This document shows, piece by piece, positions 1 to 7,845 of a stretch of 27,389 nt of DNA. The notes beneath the pieces were generated by a model, which was not told where the DNA came from, did no database searches, and saw nothing but the letters and a program-made list of their open reading frames with translations. The DNA is taken from the IMG/VR virus record IMGVR_UViG_3300048849_000185, positions 1 through 27,389 of that record; one strand, given 5' to 3'. Every line of letters starts with the position of its first letter. Positions within the stretch are counted from its first letter, which is position 1. The stretch is from a virus (lineage: Duplodnaviria > Caudoviricetes). Made by a program: the position numbers and the translations under genes.

Positions 1-324
1 ATGACCATCGCCTCGCCCAGAATCGCCAACGACTATCCCGACCGCCCGCTTGAATGCCAGTTCGCAATCGAGCCCGCGTTTCAGGGTTTGGTGTATCAGG
101 CGCGCGTTGCCGGCTGGTCGGGCAGCGAAGTTGCTGCCGCACTAGTCGACCTCGCGCACAATCACATGCGAGGGATCATTGCGGACGGGGAGTGGCCGGC
201 CGAGTACGACCTTGCCAGCCCCGCCCTCATTGCGGACAGTAATGACATCGAGGCGGAAGACATCGAGGACTCGGAAGCTGAGGACGTGGCGCGGATTGAG
301 CGCGAGACCGGCGAGAAGTCCTGA
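1..324 (+). CDS. Hypothetical protein (107 aa) with an acidic C-terminal tail
   Basis: ATG..TGA ORF with high-GC codon style. The helical N-terminus (PDRPLECQFAIEPAF...AGWS..EVAAALVDLA) resembles small rhizobial hypotheticals. The start is at the window edge, so the RBS cannot be checked. Confidence 0.7.
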   Translation: MTIASPRIANDYPDRPLECQFAIEPAFQGLVYQARVAGWSGSEVAAALVDLAHNHMRGIIADGEWPAEYDLASPALIADSNDIEAEDIEDSEAEDVARIERETGEKS

Positions 325-383
325 GAAAGCAAACGAGCCACTGGGATCGGTCGCACGTCGCGACTTGCTGTGGGAGTGAGGCC

Positions 384-578
384 ATGCCCCTCAGAACGCT
401 GTTCGGCGACAATGCCCAAGCTGCTTACGAGAACCTGCGCGACTTACTCGAATTTCACGCCCAGATAATCGCGCTAGCCGAAGATATCCCGATCGACGCG
501 GCGCTCCTACTAACGCGGGCGGAAGCCGAGGAGGCCTATCTTGCTGCGCTGGCAATTGGCTCGGATGCGCAAACCTGA
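384..578 (+). CDS. Hypothetical protein (64 aa)
   Basis: GGAGTGAGG RBS-like sequence just upstream of the ATG; helical protein; followed by a hairpin. Confidence 0.6.
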   Translation: MPLRTLFGDNAQAAYENLRDLLEFHAQIIALAEDIPIDAALLLTRAEAEEAYLAALAIGSDAQT

Positions 579-586
579 AACGACGA

Positions 587-621
587 AAGCCGCCGCCATC
601 GGTGGACGGCGACGGCGGCTT
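587..621. terminator. Hairpin, putative intrinsic terminator
   Basis: Perfect 9-bp inverted repeat AAGCCGCCG (587-595) / CGGCGGCTT (613-621), 8 nt after the 384..578 stop. The U-tract is weak. Confidence 0.5.
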
Positions 622-737
622 GAGGACGCTGATTTAGATCACGGCAGAAATCACTCGTTCTGCGACTGACGGCGATTGCATATGGAGTGAAGTTAGCTAC
701 TTATAGCGGAATCTTGCTATAAATGGATAACTTCAGT

Positions 738-1922
738 ATGGATCCTGTACGCAACCCTTACGCTCCCGGAGCAGGCAGCCCCCCGCCAGAATTGGCTGGG
801 AGGAAAGACGTGATCCAGAATGCGCAAGTCGCTTTGCGCCGTTTGCTTATAGGGCGTCCGTCGCAAAGTCCAATTATGGTCGGCCTCCGCGGCGTTGGGA
901 AAACGGTTCTGCTTGTGCGCATTAAGCATATCGCCGAGGCCGAGAAAATTCGGACAATCTTTATAGAGGCCCACGAAGGCAAAACGCTTCCAGAACTGCT
1001 CATCCCAGGTGTCCGCCAAACTTTATACGCGCTTAGCACGGTGGCCGGAGCAAAGGATAAAGCGAGAAGGGCTCTAATGGTTTTAAAGAGCTTTCTAAGC
1101 GGACTCAAGGTGACCGTAAATGACATTGAGATTGGGATTGATGCCGAAGCGGGTACTGCTGACAGCGGGGATATTGAAGCCGATCTCCCGGAATTGATGT
1201 TAGCGCTCGCTGAGGCAGCCGCCGCATCAAAAACGGCTGTAGCAATTCTAATTGATGAAATGCAGTATTTGAGCGAAAAGGAATTTAGCTCTCTAATTAT
1301 GTCGATACACCGGATAAACCAATATTCACTTCCTGTTATATTAATTGGCGCTGGACTTCCGCAGATTTTAGGGCTTGCGGGCAACTCGAAATCCTACGCC
1401 GAGAGACTATTTACCTACCCAAAAATTGGCGCACTGTCAGAGCGGGACGCTATTGACGCGATCGTGAACCCGGCCAAATCAGAAGGAGTTCGCTTCGAAC
1501 AAGGTGCAATCAATCAAATTTTAAAAGTTACTAACAGTTATCCATATTTTTTGCAGCAATGGTCCTACGAGGCTTGGAATATAGCATCTGACGACGTGAT
1601 CAGAGCGAGGGATGTCACTGCTGCGCATAATAACGCTTTAGCAACTCTAGATGAGAGTTTCTTCAAAGTTAGATTTGAAAGATGCACGCCTTCTGAGAAG
1701 AAATATATGAGGGCTCTCGCGGAATTGGGCAGTGGATCGTTTCGCTCTGGAGATATTGCCGAGACTCTCGGTGTCAAAACCACAAGCGTCGCACCGACAC
1801 GGGGGAATCTAATCAGAAAGGGAATGATATATTCACCGGCACACGGAGATACAGAATTTACTGTTCCGATGTTTGACGAATATATGAAAAGAGCGATTCC
1901 GAAATTCGATGTAAAGCGCTGA
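738..1922 (+). CDS. P-loop ATPase (AAA_16/STAND-like ATP-binding protein) with probable C-terminal winged helix; moron
   Basis: N-terminal NPYAPGAG.PP.LAGR motif, Walker A GLRGVGKT, Walker B ILIDEMQ, YPYFLQ helical motif, C-terminal SGDIAETLG...RGNLIRKGMIY wHTH-like region. AT-rich (e.g. 23/60 GC at 1261-1320). Start at ATG 738 (MDPVRNPY) preferred; ATG 723 is the alternative. Confidence 0.88.
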   Translation: MDPVRNPYAPGAGSPPPELAGRKDVIQNAQVALRRLLIGRPSQSPIMVGLRGVGKTVLLVRIKHIAEAEKIRTIFIEAHEGKTLPELLIPGVRQTLYALSTVAGAKDKARRALMVLKSFLSGLKVTVNDIEIGIDAEAGTADSGDIEADLPELMLALAEAAAASKTAVAILIDEMQYLSEKEFSSLIMSIHRINQYSLPVILIGAGLPQILGLAGNSKSYAERLFTYPKIGALSERDAIDAIVNPAKSEGVRFEQGAINQILKVTNSYPYFLQQWSYEAWNIASDDVIRARDVTAAHNNALATLDESFFKVRFERCTPSEKKYMRALAELGSGSFRSGDIAETLGVKTTSVAPTRGNLIRKGMIYSPAHGDTEFTVPMFDEYMKRAIPKFDVKR

Positions 1923-1953
1923 AGCGCGTTTTTCAGCATGCATTTCGTAATCC

Positions 1954-2018
1954 TGAACCCACCCGAGCAGACCGCATACGGATGGGCGACGGCGGCTCGG
2001 GCTCTGCAAAAGGGTTCA
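1954..2018. terminator. Hairpin between convergent ATPase and lysis genes; putative bidirectional terminator
   Basis: Nested inverted repeats TGAACCC (1954-1960)/GGGTTCA (2012-2018) and CCCGAGC (1962-1968)/GCTCGGG (1995-2001). Confidence 0.5.
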
Positions 2019-2025
2019 AGGCGGG

Positions 2026-2247
2026 CTAATCCCCGGTCCGCATCGCCCCCTGCCGCAGATCACGACAGTACCGCTCGTTGACGAGCGAAGGCGCCTCACA
2101 CAAAAGCGCCCGGTTCCCCTGCACATCCGCTCGATATTGGTTGAACGCGTAGATCTGAAAGCCTACGCCGCCGAGGCTGAGCGCGAACATGACGATGATC
2201 AGCAGATCCAGCACAATGGCCAGCGCGCCTCTGTCGTGACGGTTCAT
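2026..2247 (-). CDS. Small membrane protein of the lysis cassette (73 aa)
   Basis: One long hydrophobic segment (ALAIVLDLLIIVMFALSLGGVGFQIYAF), two C-terminal Cys; ATGA overlap with the upstream gene. Confidence 0.7.
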   Translation of the reverse strand: MNRHDRGALAIVLDLLIIVMFALSLGGVGFQIYAFNQYRADVQGNRALLCEAPSLVNERYCRDLRQGAMRTGD

Positions 2248-2594
2248 GGCAATTCCCTCAGCAGTTCGTCCAGATCGATATCCGGGGGCTCCAGCCCTGC
2301 CTTGATCATCATTTTTTCCAGCGCCTTCACGTGCCGCATGTAGCCGTTGATGAGCGCGCGCTGCAGGTTGACCGTCTTCAGCAGCTCGTCGATGCGGCGC
2401 TGCATGTCGGATCGAAGTTCTTCTCGAAGTTCATCCTGCCTCTCGATTTCCTCGGCACGGAGCTTGTCGCGCCGGTCGAGTTCGGCTGACGCTCTCGTGT
2501 CGATACGGATGAGATACCAGCGGATGCCTGCCCCGAAGACGCCGAAGCAGCCGGCGATGGCGGTGAGGACCGCGGCCCAGTCTGAAGGAGTCAC
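2244..2594 (-). CDS. N-terminal TM plus coiled-coil protein of the lysis cassette (holin- or spanin-like, 116 aa)
   Basis: GTG start with GAAGGG upstream. Hydrophobic N-terminus followed by a charged heptad-like helix; lies directly after the endolysin frame. Confidence 0.75.
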   Translation of the reverse strand: MTPSDWAAVLTAIAGCFGVFGAGIRWYLIRIDTRASAELDRRDKLRAEEIERQDELREELRSDMQRRIDELLKTVNLQRALINGYMRHVKALEKMMIKAGLEPPDIDLDELLRELP

Positions 2595-2596
2595 GT

Positions 2597-2755
2597 TCAG
2601 CTACCCTTCACAGGCACCGCATTCTGAGGCGCGACATAGGCTCCGATGATGCTCGCAAGCGTCGTCAGAAGCGTGCCGATACCCGCCAACAACACCGGGT
2701 CGCGGTACTGCTCCGGCACCGAAGGCGTCGACATCAGGTAGGCCGAGATCGTCGT
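2597..2755 (-). pseudogene. In-frame continuation of the endolysin beyond an internal TAG (52 codons; completes a two-TM holin-like domain)
   Basis: Manual translation past TAG 2756-2758 gives TTISAYLMSTPSVPEQYRDPVLLAGIGTLLTTLASIIGAYVAPQNAVPVKGS, then TGA at 2597-2599, 2 nt before the next start at 2594. Confidence 0.75.
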
Positions 2756-3520
2756 CTAGACGGTGCCTACGATCCCTGTCCACTTGCCAGCGCCGAGAGA
2801 CTTGCTCGACTGTTCAACGGGAGTGGGCGACGGGTTAGCGGGCAACGGTGCGGAGGGGGTCGGCGAAACCGATGCTCCCGGCTGGACGGCGGGCATGGCA
2901 GGCTCCTGTGCGGGCGCGGTGATGATCACCGGATCGGAGGGCGTCTCAACTGCCTCGCCAAAGCCGGCAACGGTCAGCGCGGCTTCGAAGGACTTGGCGT
3001 AGCCGGCGATCATGTCGGCCTTGTCGGTGCCGTTCACCGTGCGGCGCGCGCTTGCATAATCGGCCTTGTCATCGCCGATGTAGTCGCCAAGCTTTTTCCC
3101 GGTGAAGGTGCCGAGCATCATCCCCTCGACAAGGACGCGCGCAGCGATCGGGCGCTGCTCCGCCAGGTCGGGATTGACGATGAGATCAAGCCCCAGCCGC
3201 TTCGACCAGTCTGTGTAATTCCGGCGGCCGGTGATCTGCACGAAGCCGCGGCCGCGGTACTTCCGCCCATCACCCGCTAACGTGTTCCCGAGATCCGCCC
3301 TGCCCTCATAGGCAGCGCCAGACGCATATTCCCGCATGGTCTGAAAGCGGTCGGATTCGTGGAAGGCAGTCGCGAGGATGTATGCCAGCTTGCGCTCATC
3401 GCTGTCGCCGTACGTTGCGAAGGCCGGCAAGATGGCATTGATGCCGTCAACGGCCCCTTGCGTGAGCGCTCCGCCGAAGGGTCGGCTGCGAATGGCTGTG
3501 AAGAAGCTGGATGCGTCCAT
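2756..3520 (-). CDS. Endolysin, glycoside hydrolase family 19 (chitinase/lysozyme-like), with Pro-rich linker
   Basis: Motifs [50 protein letters not shown] before ATG 3520, preferred over ATG 3589. Ends at an apparently premature TAG. Confidence 0.9.
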   Translation of the reverse strand: MDASSFFTAIRSRPFGGALTQGAVDGINAILPAFATYGDSDERKLAYILATAFHESDRFQTMREYASGAAYEGRADLGNTLAGDGRKYRGRGFVQITGRRNYTDWSKRLGLDLIVNPDLAEQRPIAARVLVEGMMLGTFTGKKLGDYIGDDKADYASARRTVNGTDKADMIAGYAKSFEAALTVAGFGEAVETPSDPVIITAPAQEPAMPAVQPGASVSPTPSAPLPANPSPTPVEQSSKSLGAGKWTGIVGTV

Positions 3521-3605
3521 GGTGACCTCGCGCAAGGACCCCGTCGCCGAAGCATACGCACGGGCCATTTGTTTGATGACGTTTAGCATATGACAACCGG
3601 ACTTC

Positions 3606-3626
3606 GTTTGCCGTATGTCATCGCCT
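3606..3626 (-). promoter_or_regulatory. Putative late-promoter/activator motif, copy upstream of endolysin
   Basis: AGGCGATGAC-ATACG-GCAAAC on the minus strand. TATGCT lies 17 nt after CGGCAA. An inverted near-copy GATGAC-GTTTA-GCAT lies on the plus strand at 3575-3589. Confidence 0.5.
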
Positions 3627-4896
3627 AGAACGTGATGACGGTCTCGCCTGGCGCTGCGCCACCCGCCCCGCCCTTCGTCTTGCTCTTCTTGGCGGCCTTC
3701 GGCGCATCGTTGTCGACCGTGTCGTCCTTGGTCGGCTTAGTCTTGCCGACGCTCGATGACGTGTCGTCCGCAGCATCATCAAACAGCTCGGCGTCTATGC
3801 CGGTCGTGTAGCCGCCGCCCGGCTCGAAGCGGTGCGCAACCGACTTGATCCGCCACTTGCTTGGCATGTACACGCGGAACGGTACGATAAGGATGGCCTC
3901 TGCCTGCACGTCGACCCGGCCGCCGATAGTGCAGGAGAATGACGCTTTGCCACGGGCCGCCTTATTTTTTGTCGCCGACGCGGCAGCCTTCGCCTCGGCC
4001 TCGTTGTGATAGGTGTGCCGGAGGTCGTGGAACGGCTCGGCGCCAACCGTCACCTCCTTGCGCTCGCCGGTGCGGATGTCAGTCCAGTAGGCGCGGACGC
4101 CGCCCTTCTTGCCGGACGCGCTGTCCGGGCCGGCGGGAGCCGATGTACCGCCGCCGACAAACTGAACGACTTCGGGCAACCGGCTGTCGCCGGCCGCTTG
4201 CTGCCCAGCAGACTCAGACGCTCCCATGTCCTTGCCGCTTTCGCCCGGCTCGTCTCGCGCCGAATAGCTGAACTTCCACTGTGCGCAGTCGGACTCCGCC
4301 AGGGTGATGACGGGCAACGCCGCGCCGGTGACCGCCTTGCCGGTGCCTCGCTTGCCGACGACGAGGCGTCCGGCAACCGGCTTTGCGACTGCGTCATGAC
4401 CCCCAGCCACGCGGGCCGCGAACTTCATGTCGGACTCGCCAATCTGGTCAACGTGGCGGACGACGACATCGGCGATGTCGGGATCAACCGTCGCTGTGAA
4501 GCCATTCCGCGACGCCACCTTTTCGATGATCTCTTGCACCGTCATCTGGTGGTAGGACTCGCTGCGCGGCGTTCGGAACGACGACGGCATGTTCGCTGGC
4601 TTGCCCTCAATCGTCAGCGTCCGCGGCGGGGATGCAACGTCGATGCTGTCGATAAAGTAAGACCCCATGTTCCGGCTTGCGCCTTGGCGATAGCCCATCT
4701 CGACCGAGACCGTCAGCCCGAACGCCGGCATAGCAACAACAGCGTTGTCGGCGAAGCGCGGGCGGTCGTCGAGAGTAATCGTCACGCGGTCCGACTTGTC
4801 CTCGGCCTCGTCGCGCACTTCTATCGACATGAGGCGGTCGGTGAGCGAGCCCGTGATGTCGACGCCACCGGCAGTGATGCGACAGAACGGCGTCAT
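3625..4896 (-). CDS. P2 gpD-like late control / baseplate hub protein
   Basis: [46 protein letters not shown]...GYTT motifs; follows gpX; ATGA-coupled start at 4896. Confidence 0.88.
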   Translation of the reverse strand: MTPFCRITAGGVDITGSLTDRLMSIEVRDEAEDKSDRVTITLDDRPRFADNAVVAMPAFGLTVSVEMGYRQGASRNMGSYFIDSIDVASPPRTLTIEGKPANMPSSFRTPRSESYHQMTVQEIIEKVASRNGFTATVDPDIADVVVRHVDQIGESDMKFAARVAGGHDAVAKPVAGRLVVGKRGTGKAVTGAALPVITLAESDCAQWKFSYSARDEPGESGKDMGASESAGQQAAGDSRLPEVVQFVGGGTSAPAGPDSASGKKGGVRAYWTDIRTGERKEVTVGAEPFHDLRHTYHNEAEAKAAASATKNKAARGKASFSCTIGGRVDVQAEAILIVPFRVYMPSKWRIKSVAHRFEPGGGYTTGIDAELFDDAADDTSSSVGKTKPTKDDTVDNDAPKAAKKSKTKGGAGGAAPGETVITF

Positions 4897-5108
4897 CCCC
4901 AAATCCTGACGATCGGAGTTGCCGCCGGCGCAGGAAGGTCGGGAAGGATGACGACGGTTCCGGCAACCAAGACCGGGCCGAGATCCGCTAGGCCGCGGTT
5001 CGCCTCATAGACGCGCTCGACGGCAAGCGGCTGCTGCCCTTTGGAGTAGTGCTTCCAGCAGATCGCATCGATCATATCGCCATCGCTCGCAATGTAAGTG
5101 TCGGCCAC
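4893..5108 (-). CDS. P2 gpX-like tail protein (LysM-like)
   Basis: DGDMIDAICWKHY...VYEANRGLADLGPVLVAGTVVILPD...IWG pattern; lies between U and D. Confidence 0.92.
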   Translation of the reverse strand: MADTYIASDGDMIDAICWKHYSKGQQPLAVERVYEANRGLADLGPVLVAGTVVILPDLPAPAATPIVRIWG

Positions 5109-5503
5109 TAGAATCCCCTATCTGGCCCGTAGGACATGAGCTGCACGGCGAACTCGAGCTTGCGCGCGACGCCGTTGGGCAAAAAGACCGTCTGCGTCTC
5201 GCTCACGCTCATGATGACGAACTGTCCAAAAATTTTGCCGCGGCCCGACACCAAGAACTGCGGCGTGCCGGTTCCGGCAACCGCTCTCATTCGGTCGATT
5301 TGAGACAGGCCGCCACGGAAGAGCGGCAGTATCGTTCCGTCGAGGTCGATGGTCGTGTGTCCCTCGCCGATGAACTGCATGGCCGGGTGCCGGCCGATAC
5401 GCTCTTGGCTCTCCCAACGATACTCCGTCTGCCGAGTAAGCGTCTGATACGCTGCGGTGTCGAGACCGAACCGGAAGGGGCCAAGGCCCATCATGACAAG
5501 CAT
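5108..5503 (-). CDS. P2 gpU-like tail protein (tube initiator)
   Basis: MMGLGPFRF..TAAYQTLTR...RW...RIGRHPAMQFIG pattern; GGAGG RBS; follows the tape measure. Confidence 0.92.
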   Translation of the reverse strand: MLVMMGLGPFRFGLDTAAYQTLTRQTEYRWESQERIGRHPAMQFIGEGHTTIDLDGTILPLFRGGLSQIDRMRAVAGTGTPQFLVSGRGKIFGQFVIMSVSETQTVFLPNGVARKLEFAVQLMSYGPDRGF

Positions 5504-5515
5504 GGCTACCCTCCC

Positions 5516-7702
5516 TCAGTCTTCCAGCGCGGAGCGGATTTCCGCCGCATGGCGCGCCGCGGCCCCGGACATGGCCGCATTGATGGCCGCCTGCACCTCG
5601 ACGGCGCTCAAGCCGGTACCGGTGATGCTAACGCCGCCGACATTGAAGGGTGCATTTACCGTCTGCGGCTGGTTCGCGATGATGGGCTCGGGAAACGTCG
5701 CCGTACCGACCGACACCGACCCGGCGTCAATCTCCCCCGTCTGCATATTGCCGCCGCCCTGCTGTGGCAGGCCCGACAAAGGCACGCCCTGGCTGCCGAG
5801 TAGGCTGCCGCTGTAGGCACTCGGGGCCGGAGTCGGCGCAACGTCCATGGCCGGCGGCGCGATGCTCGCCGGGCTGACGTCGGGCATGATGATGTCGATT
5901 TTCGACGGCATTTCCGGCATCGCAAGCGCTAACGCATCGACGAACGTATTCGAGGCATCAAAGGCCGGCATGTCCGGCACCGGCGGCAGGCTGATACGCT
6001 GCGGCTGCGCGGGCTCGATGAGCTTGCCGTCTGCCCCATACTGGCTTTGCGCGACGCCAGCGGCGCCGAGAAGGGACTCGCCATAGTTGGCGACCACCGG
6101 CGCCTTCACCTCAGTGCCGAGGCTCGATTTCAGCCAGTCGGGCATTTCCGCTGTCAGGCGGGCGATGCCGTCGCGAAGCCCCTCTGCCAAGCCGTCAATG
6201 AAGCTGCTGATGATCCGGTCGCCTGCCGCCAACAGGTCGATGCCAGTGAAATACTCGATGAGCGCTTTCATGCCGACCATGACGTGCTTGAGCGGGTTGA
6301 ACTCGTTCAGGACGGCAATGACACCAGTCGTCCACGATTGGTCGAACGCGTTGCTGACGCGGGTCCACAGATTCGACCAGTATGCCGAGAACTCATCCCA
6401 CTTCTGATACAGCACATACACGGCGCTACCAAGTAGCGTGAGAACGCCGAGGACGGCCCACACGGGCGCGCTCACCGCCAGCAGCAGGCCGGCGAAGGCC
6501 ACGCCAAGGGAAGCCAGCGACGCAAGGAGGGGGCCGAAGGTGACTGCGCCCATCGCGATCAGCGCGGCATTGCCCGGCCCGCCGACAAAGTCGATGGCAG
6601 GTTTCATCGCGGCGTAGAAGTCCTTGAATCCAGTCGCCACGTTGCCGAGCGTCGCCGTGAAGTCCTTCAGGTGGCGCGGGAACTCGTCAAGGAAGCCGGG
6701 CACATGGAAGCTGTCCTTCAAGCTGTCGCCGACGACGTCGTATCCCAGCAAGAACTCACGGAACTGATCCGCCACACCCGAGATGCTGTCAGAAATGCTC
6801 TTTGCCCAGACGTCGAGATTGCCGGAGGCATTCATGCGGTCGAACCACCCGAGGACGTCCTCAAGGATGCCAGACAGGTTCTTGAAGGCGCCGGCATCGC
6901 CGATCTTGAGCATGAAGCGCGCCCACTGATCGCCAAGGTTGGACGTCATGCCCTCCCAAGTGGTCGAGAGCTTGTCCATTGCCCCCTTGTACTGGCGATT
7001 CCAGATGCCGGTAATGACGGCCTCGATCTGCTTCCGCGAGTTTTTCTCGGCGAAAGCAGTCATCTGCTTACCGTTTTCAACCCAGTTGTATTTGATCCTT
7101 TTTCCGATTTTTTCAGTGGTGATGCCGAACTCTTTCAGCCGCTCATTCTCGCCTGTCATGGCGTCGGCAAGTGCCTCGACGGCCTGATTGAGTGGCTTGC
7201 CCATGGCGGCAGCGGCGTTGCCGGCTGACAGCAGCGCGCCGTCGATTGGCTTGATGCCGTAGGACGTCAGCTTGACGAAGGCCTCGGTGACACCCGCCAG
7301 GTCATAGGGCGTCTTCGCGGCGAATTCGGAAATCCATGCAAGAGACGACTTCGCCTTATCCGCACTGCCCAGGACGGTCTCAAGGACCGTGCCGAACTTC
7401 TCGAATTCGGAATTGACGCTGATGAACTGAGACAGCCCAGCCCCGGCGCCAAGCGCAAAGAGTCCGCCGAAGCCGAGCGCCAACGTCGAGACGTGACGGC
7501 CGACGTTGGAGACTGCAGATCCGAGGTGAGAGAAACGGCTTGCCAGTTTGTCGATGCCCGCGGCGCGGCCCATGTCGCCGATGACTTTCGCCACGCGACG
7601 AACAGGCGCGGTCAGCCGATCAATACGGCGCTGAATGGCGTTGATCGGAGCCGTGATGCGGTCGACAACACTGAGGACGACGTCGACTGTAGTGCGTGCC
7701 AC
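5516..7702 (-). CDS. Tape measure protein (728 aa)
   Basis: LSVVDRITAP start, FAAKTPYDL / GENERLKEFGI / TWEGMTSNLGD motifs, central hydrophobic helices; lies between the tail chaperones and gpU. Confidence 0.92.
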   Translation of the reverse strand: MARTTVDVVLSVVDRITAPINAIQRRIDRLTAPVRRVAKVIGDMGRAAGIDKLASRFSHLGSAVSNVGRHVSTLALGFGGLFALGAGAGLSQFISVNSEFEKFGTVLETVLGSADKAKSSLAWISEFAAKTPYDLAGVTEAFVKLTSYGIKPIDGALLSAGNAAAAMGKPLNQAVEALADAMTGENERLKEFGITTEKIGKRIKYNWVENGKQMTAFAEKNSRKQIEAVITGIWNRQYKGAMDKLSTTWEGMTSNLGDQWARFMLKIGDAGAFKNLSGILEDVLGWFDRMNASGNLDVWAKSISDSISGVADQFREFLLGYDVVGDSLKDSFHVPGFLDEFPRHLKDFTATLGNVATGFKDFYAAMKPAIDFVGGPGNAALIAMGAVTFGPLLASLASLGVAFAGLLLAVSAPVWAVLGVLTLLGSAVYVLYQKWDEFSAYWSNLWTRVSNAFDQSWTTGVIAVLNEFNPLKHVMVGMKALIEYFTGIDLLAAGDRIISSFIDGLAEGLRDGIARLTAEMPDWLKSSLGTEVKAPVVANYGESLLGAAGVAQSQYGADGKLIEPAQPQRISLPPVPDMPAFDASNTFVDALALAMPEMPSKIDIIMPDVSPASIAPPAMDVAPTPAPSAYSGSLLGSQGVPLSGLPQQGGGNMQTGEIDAGSVSVGTATFPEPIIANQPQTVNAPFNVGGVSITGTGLSAVEVQAAINAAMSGAAARHAAEIRSALED

Positions 7703-7831
7703 CTAGGACCCCTTGCCGCGCTTGGGCGCCCTCGCCTTCGCTCTTTCGTGCCATCGCTTGAGGTCCGCGACGTCCATTTCGTACATCTCGGAAGGCGGCC
7801 AGTGAAAGACGACGGCGATGTTCGCCATCAT
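7703..7831 (-). CDS. P2 gpE'-like tail assembly extension (42 aa; probably expressed as a -1 frameshift fusion to gpE)
   Basis: Not in the ORF track. Manual translation MMANIAVVFHWPPSEMYEMDVADLKRWHERAKARAPKRGKGS contains the FHWPPSE..M...L..W motif of the GpE family. Confidence 0.88.
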   Translation of the reverse strand: MMANIAVVFHWPPSEMYEMDVADLKRWHERAKARAPKRGKGS

Positions 7832-7845
7832 CTCTTCGACGACCT

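Noticed and set aside
2597-2734. Independent 45-aa holin starting at the internal ATG (MSTPSVPE...)
   Set aside because: No RBS upstream, and it would leave the first TM helix split across the TAG. Reinitiation cannot be fully excluded.
2601-2783. 60-aa [12 protein letters not shown]... as a separate lysis gene
   Set aside because: No TM segment or lipobox, and off-frame composition. The lysin frame explains this interval better.
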